DNA of 64,000 nucleotides, taken from Macrostomum hystrix. Taxonomy: Eukaryota > Animalia > Platyhelminthes. The stretch lies in NCBI GenBank assembly GCA_950097015.1, contig CATNEN010000039.1, positions 5,952,001-6,016,000 on the forward strand. Direction: 5' to 3'. The translations under genes and the position numbers were made by a program. The notes beneath the pieces were generated by a model that searched no databases, had not been told where the DNA came from, and worked only from the letters and a program-made list of their open reading frames with translations. Within the stretch, counting starts at the first letter, position 1, and every line of letters starts with the position of its first letter. Shown here piece by piece: positions 11,453 through 32,509 of the stretch.

Positions 11453-13271
11453 TGTTTATAGCACTGTTTAGCCCAGTAACAAATTTAGCTGCATTCGCCT
11501 TTCGACATGAAAATAAAGAGAAGTAATTATAATATTTGTTTTTTGGAGTAAAACAAGCATGCATAGCACACAAATATTTCATCATAGTAGTTAACTGATG
11601 TTTGATGTAGTACGAGAATAATAGTTTGAAAATATTTAGGGCACATCACTCTTGAAATCTATACATTTCAAATCAACATATTGACTTTCTATTTTGCTTT
11701 TACCCAATATAGCTTGCAACTTATAGATAAAACTTCATTTTTCATCTTTTGATCACTATTCCAATTGTCAATTTGCTAGAAAGAATTGGGGTACTTAATA
11801 CTTATGAAGTCAAAAGAGGCTTTGGTTAAGATTGAATTGTGAGTACGTTGGTATAGATATAATAGTTTTGTGAAATACCTTCTATCCAACCTAATGTATG
11901 TAGGAAGTGCGAAGTATACTCAACTGTACATGGAAATCTATAAAATAAACATACCTTTCTTATTTCTAATATAGTAAAAAAAATTATTTAGCTACAATAA
12001 TACACTTTAAGTCTCTATCAATAAAGTTCTGATGATAACCTGTAAAAACTGTAAAAACCTAAAATATAATGAATATTTCAACTAATAAAATAATTCATAT
12101 GAAATTTTAGGTGATACTTAATCTATGTAAATATAATAATTTACAAAATATTTATATGATCCACGATAAAAGTAAAAAATTGTTAATTAGGCTACAATTA
12201 TTAGACCCTACTATAAAAATATTTATATTATTATAAATTATAATTTATAAACTATAATAATTATAATAATAATAATAATAATAATAAGACCCATTATTAT
12301 ATTATAATATTATATGACTATGAGAATAGCAAAAAAAGAGAAAGGAACATAATTAGTTGACTAGCTTTAGCATTACTTTGCTAAAGCAAGGAGGCCAACT
12401 ATGCTGCCTAGGCTAGGCCCAAGCCCAACTTTGTATCAGGTGTATAAACAAATATCATTGGTTTGGCACCTACATTGCCATAGAATTGTTATAGGCTAGT
12501 TTTTACAATTCAATAACTTCTATTAGGCCCTAACTTCAATTTAATAATTCCTAGTGTCCTAGTCTATACAAATTCAGGCAGGACAACATAAACTGGAGTA
12601 TAGGCCTATAGATAGCTAGCTAGCTACTAGCCTACTATAAAGCATATTTAGCCTAGGCCCTATGGCCAAGGGGTTAAGCTAGCCAAGATAATTGTCCAAG
12701 CTTGTCTAAGAAAATAAATAGGTACAATTTTTTGCCTTGAATTGAATATCTAGACTAGGGCCTACCTATTATTTCTAGAGTAGAAAGCCTAGTATCTACT
12801 TGTTTAGCTTCTTAACAATAGTAAGGCTAAGCATAAGCCTTTGGCATTAGGCCCTAGGCTTTAGGCTTTAGTTTAGGCCTACAATAAAGTTTAACAATGT
12901 AGCATAGCAATCCCTTAACTATATATAACAATCTCTGACTAGGTCTACAGTGAGCATGTACTGCTTAGTAACTTTAAACTAGACCTCATTTTTATACCTG
13001 GCTGGCTGAAGTCTTATGATATCAAATCATAAGCATACTAGGCCCTACTTTTTGAATTATTTGTTTTAGCTAGGCCTTGTGGTAACGAAATATTCTTTTT
13101 GATCTCTGCAGCTCTGCAGATTTTGGTTTTGTTGTTTTGGAGGTTAATAAGTGATTTAATATAGGCCTATACATAAATAAATACGCTTAATCTATTAAAA
13201 TTGCAGCCGTGTTGACGACTCTTAGGCTACATCGAACATGCGCGACGGTCGCCTAATAGGCAACTCCGAAC

Positions 13272-13692
13272 GGATCCTAGACACTTCGTCATCTTACAAC
13301 TTCGTCATCCACTTGGAAGGTAGGACACTTCGTCATCCAGCCAATTGGCATGCTTTAAAGTTTGGTCAGTTCGTCATCTTCTAATAACAAGCAATCAAGT
13401 TCGTCATCAATAAAGTGAGGGTGGGGACGTGGGGTGGTGGGGCAGAGGTGTGAACACACTTCACACTCTAAATTATCAAAAAGAGGTGTCAAAACAGATT
13501 TCATTATAAGTGTTGAAAGATAGGTGCCAACACGATGTGAGGGGTGGTTCTGTTCTAACTTTGAAAACTTTTGTTTTATAGATGACGAAGTGTCCACAAG
13601 TCTTGAAGTCTCTTCGTCATCCACCCTCTAAGATATTGGACAGATCGTCATCTGGATGACGAAGTTGTAAGATGACGAAGTGTCCAGGTACC
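13272..13692. mobile_element. Non-autonomous TIR element (MITE) with 9-bp TSD, Mutator/MULE-like
   Basis: ~40-bp TIRs GGATCCTAGACACTTCGTCATCTTACAACTTCGTCATCCA and its near-exact reverse complement. TSD ACTCCGAAC at 13263-13271 and 13693-13701. Internal TTCGTCATC subrepeats. Confidence 0.85.
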
Positions 13693-13759
13693 ACTCCGAA
13701 CATGTTCTTTGTTCCGAGAACATGTTCCTTTAAATTAATAAGGCTACTTAATGTATATT

Positions 13760-13946
13760 AATGAATTAATAACATGAAGAAAAAACTATGCCTTGCTTGG
13801 CATGAGGTCAACAAACAATACAGAGTTAAACCATGTGTGTGTGTTAAACCTTACTAGACATAGGCCTAGTATGGGTTTAACTCTGTCTTGTTTGTTGACC
13901 TCATGCCAAGGAAGGCATAGTTTTTTCTTCATGTTATTAATTCATT
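13760..13946. repeat. Long inverted repeat (~75-bp arms, ~36-nt spacer)
   Basis: 13760-13834 is the reverse complement of 13871-13946 with 2 mismatches and 1 indel. Confidence 0.9.
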
Positions 13947-14230
13947 CGTACTGCGCGTTTGGTAAGATATAGCCAAACTGACGGAGTCATAATTAATTCG
14001 CGAACTTGCCCTGAACCGCAAGATTTTATGCTTCCCTTTTCTGGGTTCTGCGTGGCCTGTGGGTTGCCTATTATTTGTTCAATATTAAATAAAACCCTAA
14101 TATCGCCTTTTGTATTATTTGTAAAATCCCATGCAGCTTTTTGCAACCACCTTATTTGTCATTTCTTATTTTTTGAGCCAGTAGCCCAAAAAAAGACTGC
14201 ACCACAATGCAAGTCATATTAATATATGTG

Positions 14231-14360
14231 CATCAGGGGACAACTAAATGATAGAGGCTATTGTCCACTGACTGACTGATTTGGTAGAGGTAAAGGTAAT
14301 GGTAGAGGCAGAGGTAGAGGTAGTTGAAATTTTACATGGTTGTTATAGTTGTCCCTGATG
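14231..14360. mobile_element. Small TIR-bounded element (possible MITE)
   Basis: Terminal inverted pair CATCAGGGGACAACTA ... TAGTTGTCCCTGATG with internal (GGTAGA)n. No clear TSD. Confidence 0.5.
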
Positions 14361-16332
14361 TGTATATGGTCTATTTTACTTGTCAAATTTACAATCTTTA
14401 GATTTAAACATGACAGTGCTTTGAAATAACGAAATTTCGCACTATTATATTATTTATATTATTATTTTATTTTTTTTTAAGATTATTTTTAAGCTATTTC
14501 TACCGACAAACTATCCACTATCTGTAGAAGCAATACTGCGTAAAAATAACGAGCTTTATGTCTGATCGCTTTTTAAAAAAGTTTTAGGCACGTGGTGTAA
14601 AAAAGTTTCATCTAGCTTGTGCTCAGACATCTGCTTCTTTCGAGACAGTTTATTTAAGGTTCGTACATTTCTTTAATATTGCACCTCGTGCTAATAATTA
14701 ACATTACCATTTTTAACAAGGGATTCTACCATATTATTATATATTATATATTCATATTTCACTTTTTTAAATCGAGTTGAATGGCTGAAATCTAGCTTAG
14801 ACTAGCTATTTCTTTGTGAATTTAATTATATATATTTTTTAAGTAAACAGTTGAACAACTTAAAGGAATACTAACTTTAATATAGTTTATCAAAAATGTA
14901 TGTCAGCTTATTGATGTGTGTCATAGCCTCATAGGTCTTACTTCTCTTGTCCTTGATAATCTATTCTGCTATTGTCATTGTCAACAAAGTTGTTGTGGCT
15001 TTTCTTATCCTGATCTCTGTCACAAAAAATTGTACTATATCCTCTTCTTTATGTTATTACTTTATTTTACTAATGTCTACTTTTTATCAATCAATTGTCT
15101 ATGGATTATTATACACTTTAATATTTAATTACAGGACTTATTCTCCCTTTTGGGTTTCTATTTCACTGTAACATCTAATTATAGTATATGATTTATTCTC
15201 CCTGTGGGGTTATGAATTATGCTACACTGTAATATCTAATTGCAAGGTTTATTATTTCAGGTGGCATTCTCTTGAATAAACTGAATTTGGGCATTTAAGT
15301 ATATATTTTAGAAACTTATAAATTTATCCTTTCTATTATTTGTTCTTCCTGACATGTTTCCTTAGAATTTCAACAGTCATGGAACAGATTTCCAAAACCT
15401 TTCTACACTTTACAAGTAGGCCCTAGTTACAGCTTTGGTACTTTTTAGTTTTTTCTTTATTTCTTTATTTGCTGTATATATATAAAACCAAAGTTAAAAG
15501 TAAAGCAATATATTTATTTAATTCAAGGCTCTAGTTATCCGTTGCACTTGGCACTTGACATAAACTCACTTTGGCTAATTATTTTTTGTTAGCTATTCTA
15601 TACTTTTTTTAATAAAAACAACACTATAGAAAATAAGAAACATTACCAAGATTTAAGTACTATCCTTAAACTATAAACTAACTAACTATAACTACTATTA
15701 ACTATAGCAACCTTCTGCAATGTTTTACTTTGTTTTGCTTAATTACTTTTCCTTTTGAAATTGCACATCCTTATCACAGAAAATCCGAAAACTATGAAGT
15801 GAACAACGAACAACAAATGGCAACAAGTGAAAATGGTCATTTAGTCAGTCATTCGGAAAAAAATCATAATGGGTAGTAATAAGCCACTACTTGACCTTTT
15901 AAAGCGCAAAAATATTAGCTCAGTTAGGAAAATCAAGATACACTTCTATATTTTGCCCCCTAATCATCCCCAGCCCTAGCACTCAAAGCCTGCACATGTC
16001 TATGTCACTTAATCCCCCCAAATCCATCTCAGTACTTAAAACCTTGCAAATATATATCAGCATATGTCTGCAACCCTTGCCATGTCTTATTACACATCAC
16101 TGTGGTAGTGTAAGTTTGAATCAGTTTGAAAAATAATTATGTTAAAATTATATAAATAATTATTATAAAACTAAAAGCAAATTAAAACATTGCTTAGCTT
16201 TCTAGTTCATATAATATACCTTATTAGATACTAAGGTACTAGGGTTTAAAATGTATATATTTTAATGTCTCTGTATTTTTCTATAGCCTGCATGCATCTA
16301 AGTCCATATCAGGGACTATATAAATAGCTAAA

Positions 16333-16611
16333 CATACATGCGCAACACCCGGCCGACCCGGCCGAACTGGCTGGGTGAAATGAGGGCCAAGCAAGGTAAG
16401 TCGCAAAAACCAATCGACCAAGCACAAAAAACAAAGGGGGGACCAAGGGACAAAAAAGGAAGGCGTGAAGAAAAGGAAAAAGGGGAGAGAAAAAGAGAGC
16501 AAAAGAGAGCAAACTAAGTCATAAATAGAGCAATGAAATGAACTAAGTCGCAAATGAGAGCAAAAACTAAGTTGCACGGCTGGCTAAGATTTGGAAGGTT
16601 GCGCATGTATG
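16333..16611. mobile_element. hAT-like MITE with 8-bp TSD
   Basis: 14-bp perfect TIR CATACATGCGCAAC / GTTGCGCATGTATG. TSD TAGCTAAA at 16325-16332 and 16612-16619. Confidence 0.85.
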
Positions 16612-17168
16612 TAGCTAAATATACAAATCTGCAAAATCATGTCCAACTCTAGTTTCCTTTCCCAAGCTATGGACTTATGAAAACTCTACCCTATAATATA
16701 CACATAAGCATGGAATGAGAAGTAGATGCTAGAAACAAGTGATCCTATAAACATTTCTGTATTTGTCTAATAGACTGGTAACTTCTGTCCAAATAGATTC
16801 ATATCTAAACTTCTCAGCAGTATCCAATACCAAAACTATTGTGAAAATCTAAAATCAACATCATTTTATTGTATGCTCATACAATTAATTTGTGGTATTG
16901 TTGTTTGCATAATATCCAGATTATTTAGAAGGATACTTTAACTGACACAATCAATATTCTAGGCCTATGAAACTATAACAGTGCTATTCTTAAAGCAGCT
17001 ATTACAGTGACAGTACAGTGCTATTACAGTCATATTCGTTTTATGGTCTAGGCCTATGTGATATCGAAAATTTTATGGAAAATCCTGACATTCGCTTTCT
17101 AATAAATATTATCTGTCAAAAAGTTTCATAACCAATTTTTCTATACCATTTTCAGCTTAGAAGCTGGA

Positions 17169-24726
<7,558 letters not shown>

Positions 24727-25741
24727 AAATAACGGGCTGGATCGGCCTTGACAATTGAATTAGAAATGCCTTCCGAACCGCGAGATTTACTCAACTTAGC
24801 GCTTAACAGTGCCACCGGACCGCACTACAGATACCACAGAAAGCTCTGGTCTAGAATGCAAAAACAATGTTGCCATGCAATTGAACACTTTTGCACAAGC
24901 TTTAACAGCGTACGCTTTGATGGTACCTATCAAATACCTGTATTCCTCGTAGCTTTACTAACAATCATTTTTCTCTCGTAGAATACTTTATCCAGCCTTA
25001 TATTTAGATATCTTCAAGGTGCTAAAATTATATGGTTAACGAAAAGCTTTTTCAAAGTTAATTTTAGTTTGTCTGTACTCGATTATCTAATAGTTATCCT
25101 ATATACTCACTGCTATTCACACACAGCGTATGTTTCAAATACACGTAATCGGCGTATGTTATAGCCGAATAACAGATTTCTGAATTTTAGCATTCTCTTC
25201 AAGATAAAACTACAGAACTCAATGTAAGTTCTGTGGATAAAGCTAAGCTTTCAGCAATTTAATTCTCAGCTACTTTCTCTACTTCACTTTTACAGTAATG
25301 ATAATAGTGCGCCCCACGCCGACCACCAGGAAGTAAAATCGCTCGTTGCGCCAGCAGGACGGAGGGCCGCGTCAGACGCGCTCGCTGGCTCAATGAGTTG
25401 GTCGTCTCGCATGTCTAGATTTGTTAAGGCTTGTTTACAGTGCCAACAAACGAGGCCAGAATACACAATTATACATTCTTTCGTACTCGATATTCTACAG
25501 CAAGAGTTATTAGATGGCGGCGCGTAACCTGCCGAAGTCTTGCAGCAATTATTGTGGATTAACACTATGACTACCAAGCTCATGGGGGTTTTTAAACCAA
25601 GTCACTGCAGTGTAGGAAGAGCCGTGTTGTCTATGGGGCAGTATGGGCTAGAGATCGAGACTAGTGTGGCTGCTGTATAGGAAGAGCCGTGTTGTCTATG
25701 GGCTAGAGATCGAGACTAGTGTGGCTGCACTACCATTTGAA

Positions 25742-26017
25742 GAGCTGCTGGACCTTCAACAAGTGGCACCAGCCAAATATCGACACCCTGATGCAAATTT
25801 CTCCGACTTCGCTGATCTAGCCTTAGTACAGGGACAAACCTCAACCACAGGACCCTCAGCTCGCCTAGTCTGTCAACCTATCAGTCACCACCCGACGCCG
25901 TCAGCAGGGTGCCTTCAGCTGACTATTGGAGTTTCTAAAGCGATTTTTTTGTTTTGCTGATGAAGCCAGTTTTTTTGGCCTAAACTCCACTAACATTATT
26001 TGAAGGTCCAGCAGCTC
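25742..26017. mobile_element. TIR-bounded non-autonomous element (GAG...CTC termini)
   Basis: Perfect 18-bp TIR GAGCTGCTGGACCTTCAA / TTGAAGGTCCAGCAGCTC. No obvious TSD, so the superfamily is uncertain (termini resemble Sola). Confidence 0.65.
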
Positions 26018-27621
26018 CGTCTATAAAGGACAATGCACCACCAGTCGGAGATGATGCAGGGTGGAATTCTCCCCCCCATGGTAGTAGTTCTTCTGTTAAG
26101 CAAAAATGTTATGCTAATACTTAAACTGTACACCCAGTAAGGTAAAGCACCATTACCTTATCAACTATTCAATGGTTCAGCGAGTTTCACTCAGCACTAT
26201 CAGATAATTGTCTTGCACTTGGAGTACAGAAGTACATACATACAAAAGAACAAAATTAAGCCAAACTGCATAATAACCTACATGTTATCATGCAGATTCT
26301 GTTTGTTTGACAATGAATCGCACCAGTCTTGTCTTTATCCATTCATAGTATTACCATCTGATACAAAAATATGCACAAAGGGCAAAATATTTATTTGTAT
26401 GTTTGTCACTTGTTTGTTTTGAAAAAGTCAACAATTACTTTGTCAATCAACATGCTATGACCCTGTACTTAAAATACTGTATATTCAAAATGAATTGAAC
26501 TTGCTGCTGAAAAAACAAAGATAAATGATTAAAATCAATGCAAAACAATTATTATTATTTACTGTACCTAGACACATGAACAAGTTACAAATATAGATAT
26601 GTGTAGCGAAATTAACAAAATGTTGTAGCAATCATAAGCAAGTTTAATTACTAATTAAGATTTAGCAACAATAAAGGGTTATTTTGAAAAAAAGCAAATA
26701 AACTTTTATTTCATTATGTCAAAGTAAAAATCACACTAGCAGGACTTGAACAAATTAGTTATTCTTCTGGCTTTTTAGTCAATTTTTTTATTTATCTTTT
26801 TCACGTGTTTTGAGCCTTTGTCTATGCATGTGAAATATGTAAAACAAATGTCATCTATAAACTTATCATTATTTTGACATATATTTAATCTATTCCAATA
26901 AGTCCAGGACTTATTGATTTATTTTTAACAAGCAAGTCTTTCACTTTTTAAATTAATTTTGAGTTAAAAAATACATTTCTAGAAATTCTACAATACTACA
27001 ATTTTCTTCATAGATTTTAGAAAGTTAAGCTGAATTTCAAGCTTAAAATTAGAAAAAAAGAAAAAGCTTAATTTTAAACAGAATGCAATCATACAAACGA
27101 CTACTTGTTTACTCTCATTCAAAAACAGCATTAAGAACATTTGAATTGTTGCTCTTGTGGTATATTCTAACACCACCGAATAAATCAGTATATTATAAAA
27201 TTAAAATGCATTGTTAAATGAGGACTTTAAATGCCTTCTTGAGGAACCCAAAAAATCCGCACGTGCTCCGCGTCGATTGTTACGTAAATAGAGTTCGATG
27301 AAAAATTGGCAGTTAAATTAGTTTTTATTGTGTTACAGTAGAACAAAGGTTGTTAAACTGCAGCAATCAAGCTCTGAAAAACATTGTAACTGTTTGACAT
27401 ATTTGTTATTTAACTATACTTTTCTAAACTTTATTTTGACGCCTTGTTTGGTTTTAAGATAGAAATTTCTAGAAATTTCTTTTTTGTTCTGACAACAATA
27501 AACTCAAAAGAGAGTACTTAAAGATGCGCAACCACCCCTTTAAGCGTGCCAGGTAGCTCAAAATCTCAAAAGTTTAATCTTAAGTTTTTTCTGCATCGTT
27601 TCTAAGTTTCCACTCAATAAA

Positions 27622-29336
27622 ATGTTTGGCAACGCCTTTCGCGAATTCGAGACTGATCCATTCTTCGATTTTGGGTAAGCTTTTTCTCAATTATTTTTAC
27701 TGAACAGTTTAGAGTTAGATAAATTCTTAAGTATATTTTAATTTCCCAGCTATTTAAATTTAATTTTAAATTACAAAAATCGTATCCTTGATTTCATTGC
27801 ATCCTGGAGTTTTTTTGATGAAGCTAAATTTAGAATGAAAAAAATATTTTGTTCGATTCAGAAATTCGCCATTCAGGCGTCATTCCTCAATGTTGGAGGC
27901 TGGATTGCAGCATCAGCAGCGAAGCCGAGCTGCAGATACTTTCGATCCGCACTACACAGGCGCCCTCGTGCCAGCCACTCGGAGGCCTGCCACAGGAGAG
28001 TCAGATGACGCGGCGGCAACTCGGTTGGTTCGTGGTCCGGGCTCAGAGGAGAGTCCCGACATTCGCGAGAATGCCGATCGCGGACATCGACGGCTGGAAC
28101 GCTACGACCAGAACGAAGCATCTAGGCGTGAGCGTCGAGTTACGGATCGCCGTGGATTAAGTCAGGACGACTTTACCATGGCTCCATATTCAGGCTCAAT
28201 GTTGGGCAATTTTGGTTTTGCTTCGTTTGAGCAGCACTTTAATCAGGTGCGCATTGAATTTAGTGCCATAAATTCGCAAAAATGTATATATATCTACGTA
28301 GAGGCTCCCACTTTCTATATTTTATTTGCGATGTACTTCCTTACAATTAGCCGTGCGTACTTGCATGAGGTTGTTCTATTTTTTAGCAAATTCTACTTCT
28401 TTTAGTATTGTCCTTGTACCAACAAAGCAATTAGATTAAGAATCTCAGTGCATTCCTGCGCTTACGAGCATATACGTGCAACATGTGCATTTTAACACAG
28501 ATTGTGTGAGTATGCATTGAGTTTTTATTTCGAATCGATACATCGAGCTAACACTTTTCATTCGCCGATGTGAAGATGCTTGGCGGCATGCAGCGTATGA
28601 TGGCAGACATGGGCGACCGGATGCGTCAAATGGACGAGGCCTCGCATCGCGATGACTTCGACGGCCACTTTTACAGCCACACGTCAGTCTACTCTCGCCG
28701 CTACGATGGCGAAGGCAGCGAGCCCCACGTCTATCAGGCCATGTCTGAGGTGCGCGCCGCACCTGGGGGCGTTCGCGAGACTAGGTAAGTCGATTACAGC
28801 TGTCAATTTTCTCAATAGACTCTTTCAAACAAAACTTCATCGCTTCACTCGTCCATAGGCGCGCCGTTCGCGACACCCGCGCGCAAGAGGAGCGCGCCGC
28901 ACACGGACGGCACATCGGCGCCAGGGGCCACGTCGTTGAACGCCGGCGAAACATGCGAACTGGCGACGGGCAGGAGGACCACAAGTACAGCGGCATCGGA
29001 GAGGGTTAGTGCTGGGGTATCATTTCATTGATTTGGTTAGTGTAGAGACTGGCGATCAATCATATCGTTTTACCTTTCATTCAAACTTTGGTTTTCACAG
29101 ACGAAGCTGAAAACTTCGACCGCGATTGGCGCAGCCGGGCCACCCGCGCCCTGGCTATTGAAGACGACCGTCTGGACCAGGAGTCCAAACGACGCCGGCA
29201 ACGCGCCCTAGCCGAACGACCTGTCCCAGTGGACGGAGGCGAAGATGCCCGTCGCGATCGGCGTCGTCCAGCCATCGCCTCGTCCAGCAGAGGCAAGGAC
29301 ACCGGCGAACCCGAACTTCGAGGCGGCAGGCTGTGA
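27622..29336 (+). CDS. MLF: Myeloid leukemia factor (MLF1/MLF2 family); exons 27622-27674, 27862-28246, 28576-28784, 28859-29004, 29101-29336
   Basis: N-terminal FREFETDPFF and core GHFYSHTSVYS...PHVYQAMSEVRAAPGGVRETRRAVRD...GRHIGARGHVVERRRNMRTGD...DEAENFDRDW. Junctions are phase-consistent. Confidence 0.9.
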
Positions 29337-29936
29337 GCCGAGGATGCGCTGGGATCGTTTTGTATAAAACATGTTCGACTTCGCTCATAGTCATACCCTC
29401 TCGTAGTGTGTCATCTATTTTCATCAGCGAATTTTTGTTCATTAAAAGTTGCTGCTTTTGTTAAGCTTTTCATCTAGAAAATTAAATGAACTGTTTCGTT
29501 AACCACGTATACACCCTGACAGATTGCAAATTATTGATGGTATAAGTATTTGAAGTAAACGAGTTTTTCTACTACTCAAGCTGTACCTAGTATAACTACA
29601 GCACAGAATACTTGTCATATTTTTCGCGTTCTTGCTATCATTTTATACTTGTTATTCTAGGATTTTTATATTTGCAGCTTTTTAGAAGACCGTCCGTACC
29701 CCTGTTTGTGTCAGTTTTTTAATGCAAAAAAATTAAACGGGCAAGCCTCGCGTTTTAGCCCTACAAATTTTTTTTTCTCCTCGATCGATAAAATGTGATG
29801 GAGGAGTTCACACGTTTCATTCCATGCACACGAAACTATCGTGTCATTAAAGTTCATTTAATTAAAGTACATTTTTGTTTCCAAAAATTCGATTAGTCTG
29901 TGTCAGATGTGCATGTTTTATTTCGATTAGCCGGAC

Positions 29937-30845
29937 GATTACCCACGGGGTCAAATCAAGGCGCAGCCATTAAGGGGATGATTACCCACGGGGTCAAATC
30001 AAGGCGCAGCCATTAAGGGGATGATTACCCACGGGGTCAAATCAAGGCGCAGCCATTAAGGGGATGATTACCCACGGGGTCAAATCAAGGCGCAGCCATT
30101 TAGGGGATGATTACCCACGGGGTCATATCAAGGCGCAGCCATTAAGGGGATGATTACCCACGGGGTCAAATCAAGGCGCAGCCATTAAGGGGATGATTAC
30201 CCACGGGGTCAAATCAAGGCGCAGCCATTAAGGGGATGATTACCCACGGGGTCAAATCAAGGCGCAGCCATTTAGGGGATGATTACCCACGGGGTCATAT
30301 CAAGGCGCAGCCATTTAGGGGATGATTACCCACGGGGTCATATCAAGGCGCAGCCATTAAGCTGGGATGATTACCCACGGGGTCAAATCAAGGCGCAGCC
30401 ATTAAGGGGATGATTACCCACGGGGTCAAATCAAGGCGCAGCCATTAAGGGGATGATTACCCACGGGGTCAAATCAAGGCGCAGCCATTTAGGGGATGAT
30501 TACCCACGGGGTCATATCAAGGCGCAGCCATTAAGGGGATGATTACCCACGGGGTCAAATCAAGGCGCAGCCATTAAGGGGATGATTACCCACGGGGTCA
30601 AATCAAGGCGCAGCCATTAAGGGGATGATTACCAACGGGGTCAAATCAAGGCGCAGCCATTTAGGGGATGATTACCCACGGGGTCATATCAAGGCGCAGC
30701 CATTAAGGGGATGATTACCCACGGGGTCAAATCAAGGCGCAGCCATTAAGGGCCGATGATTACCCACGGGGTCAAATCAAGGCGCAGCCATTAAGGGGGT
30801 GATTACCCACGGGGTCAAATCAAGGCGCAGCCATTAAGGGGATGA
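29937..30845. repeat. 43-bp tandem array (GATTACCCACGGGGTCAAATCAAGGCGCAGCCATTAAGGGGAT)n, ~21 copies, intergenic
   Basis: Highly homogeneous visible repeat with no unique spacers. Confidence 0.97.
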
Positions 30846-31936
30846 CAATAATTAACTTAGGCTTTAGAATGGAGCCCACGAGGTCAGTCCTCGAACCAAA
30901 CCGACTAAGGAAATCAGTAGGTGGTCGATCCCGTCGACTAGAAACGCCGAGATATCTCACCCCAGTCCTTACCATGGTACCCTGGGGGAACAAATAGGAT
31001 AAATTGGGGATTTTTGGCATTAGGTTTTCGACCTGTGCCGAGAGTACAGTACGTGCGGCCAAAAGTAAATCCAGGACGCTCTCCAGGATGCTCCATCCCT
31101 TTGAGCGACTCGCGGAAATCAAGCCATGAGTCTCAGAAAAACTGCCGAGAACCTCCTGAACCCTTAGATTTTCGATGTATCTCATGGATTGGAGAACGTT
31201 TTAAGGACCAACACTCAGCTCTTGAAGTTGCTTTCATCAACACTTGGAAATCCCGAAATTTGTGAGTCTAGTGGGTCTAATTGGAGTCCACTTTCGAGTC
31301 GAAGCTGACGACATGCAACTAAAATCATAGTAAAATTCAAGTTATCAAATTCGTTGGAAATGAAAAATCCTCCTGGCAATTAAGTCCAGGCCGTAGTCCT
31401 TCAATCTCGAATCGGACCATGAATGACTGGCGTGAGATGTCTCGTCATTTCTAGTCGACTGGATCGACCAACCTATATACGTAAATTACACGCTTAGATC
31501 GCTCTGCCTCTCACCCCCAGCTGCTGGTTGTTTGAGCATTTGCATTTGTTGCTTGAACCGCCAATGAGAGGCGAGGATTCAAAACTATATAAATTATATA
31601 AATTATAAACGTGTCAGTTTGAACCATAGACGCTATATGTACTTAATCTTTAAGTTTTGGTTTTGGACTGGCGGTTTTCGGTCCTCAGCCTGAATGCCTG
31701 AAAAAATACTAACTGTCTAGCCAACTCGCCTCACTACGCGTGGTCAATTATACATATAATCCTCTGGGGGCAAGCAGCCCACTGGGAAAAGTTCTAGTGG
31801 GCCTAGTGTCGTTAGTGTCATTATAAGGCTTCAGCAACGTATTATGGTATAAACGATCACTCAGCGATAATGGCATGTCTATGGCACAAACTGCGCCAAT
31901 CCGCCATGAGCCAGAAGCTTACAAAATTTGGACGCT

Positions 31937-32169
31937 TATATTTGTTTCTTTTCAATTATCAATTAAAGTATATATTTTACCAACCGGTAAAAGCATTATA
32001 AGGCTTCAGGCCATAGACAAATCAACTCCCCCTATAACGCCGTTGCTTGTCGACCGACAGCCGCCAGATAGCGTTATAGGGGAGTTGATTTGTCTATGGC
32101 CTGAAGCCTTATAATGCTTTTACCGGTTGGTAAAATACTTTAATTGATAATTGAAAAGAAACAAATATA
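31937..32169. repeat. Long inverted repeat (~100-bp arms, ~30-nt spacer) inside the CACTA left end
   Basis: 31937-32040 is the reverse complement of 32071-32169 except for small indels. Confidence 0.92.
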
Positions 32170-32509
32170 CGCGCCTCGATCGACCGCCATTAACTTGCTC
32201 GGCACCCAACCGGTAAAGTTCCATTATAGTCATGTCATTATCTGACACGAGTTTATTCCTGCAGCTAATTTTGTACAATTTCTGTCATCTTTTTGGTATA
32301 CTGCGGAATTAAAATTTGTGTTACTAAAGCTTACAGTTGCAATGTTTTTGTCATTATTTCAGTATTGAAAAACAAAAACTGTTAAAAATTTACGCCATTA
32401 TCTAGTTTTTAATGTATTAATGTACTACTTATTTCTATGGATTCGTCATTGGTTTTAATTAACTGCTAATTTCTGTTTACTCATGAACTGCTTTCAAATG
32501 TTTCAGATA

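Noticed and set aside
15379-15872. Additional upstream PFK coding exons (15379-15415; 15780-15872)
   Set aside because: Phases are compatible with downstream acceptors, but the donors are weak and there is no homology support; cannot be called without transcripts.
29937-30845. CRISPR array
   Set aside because: Units are contiguous and identical with no unique spacers, there are no cas genes, and the context is eukaryotic.
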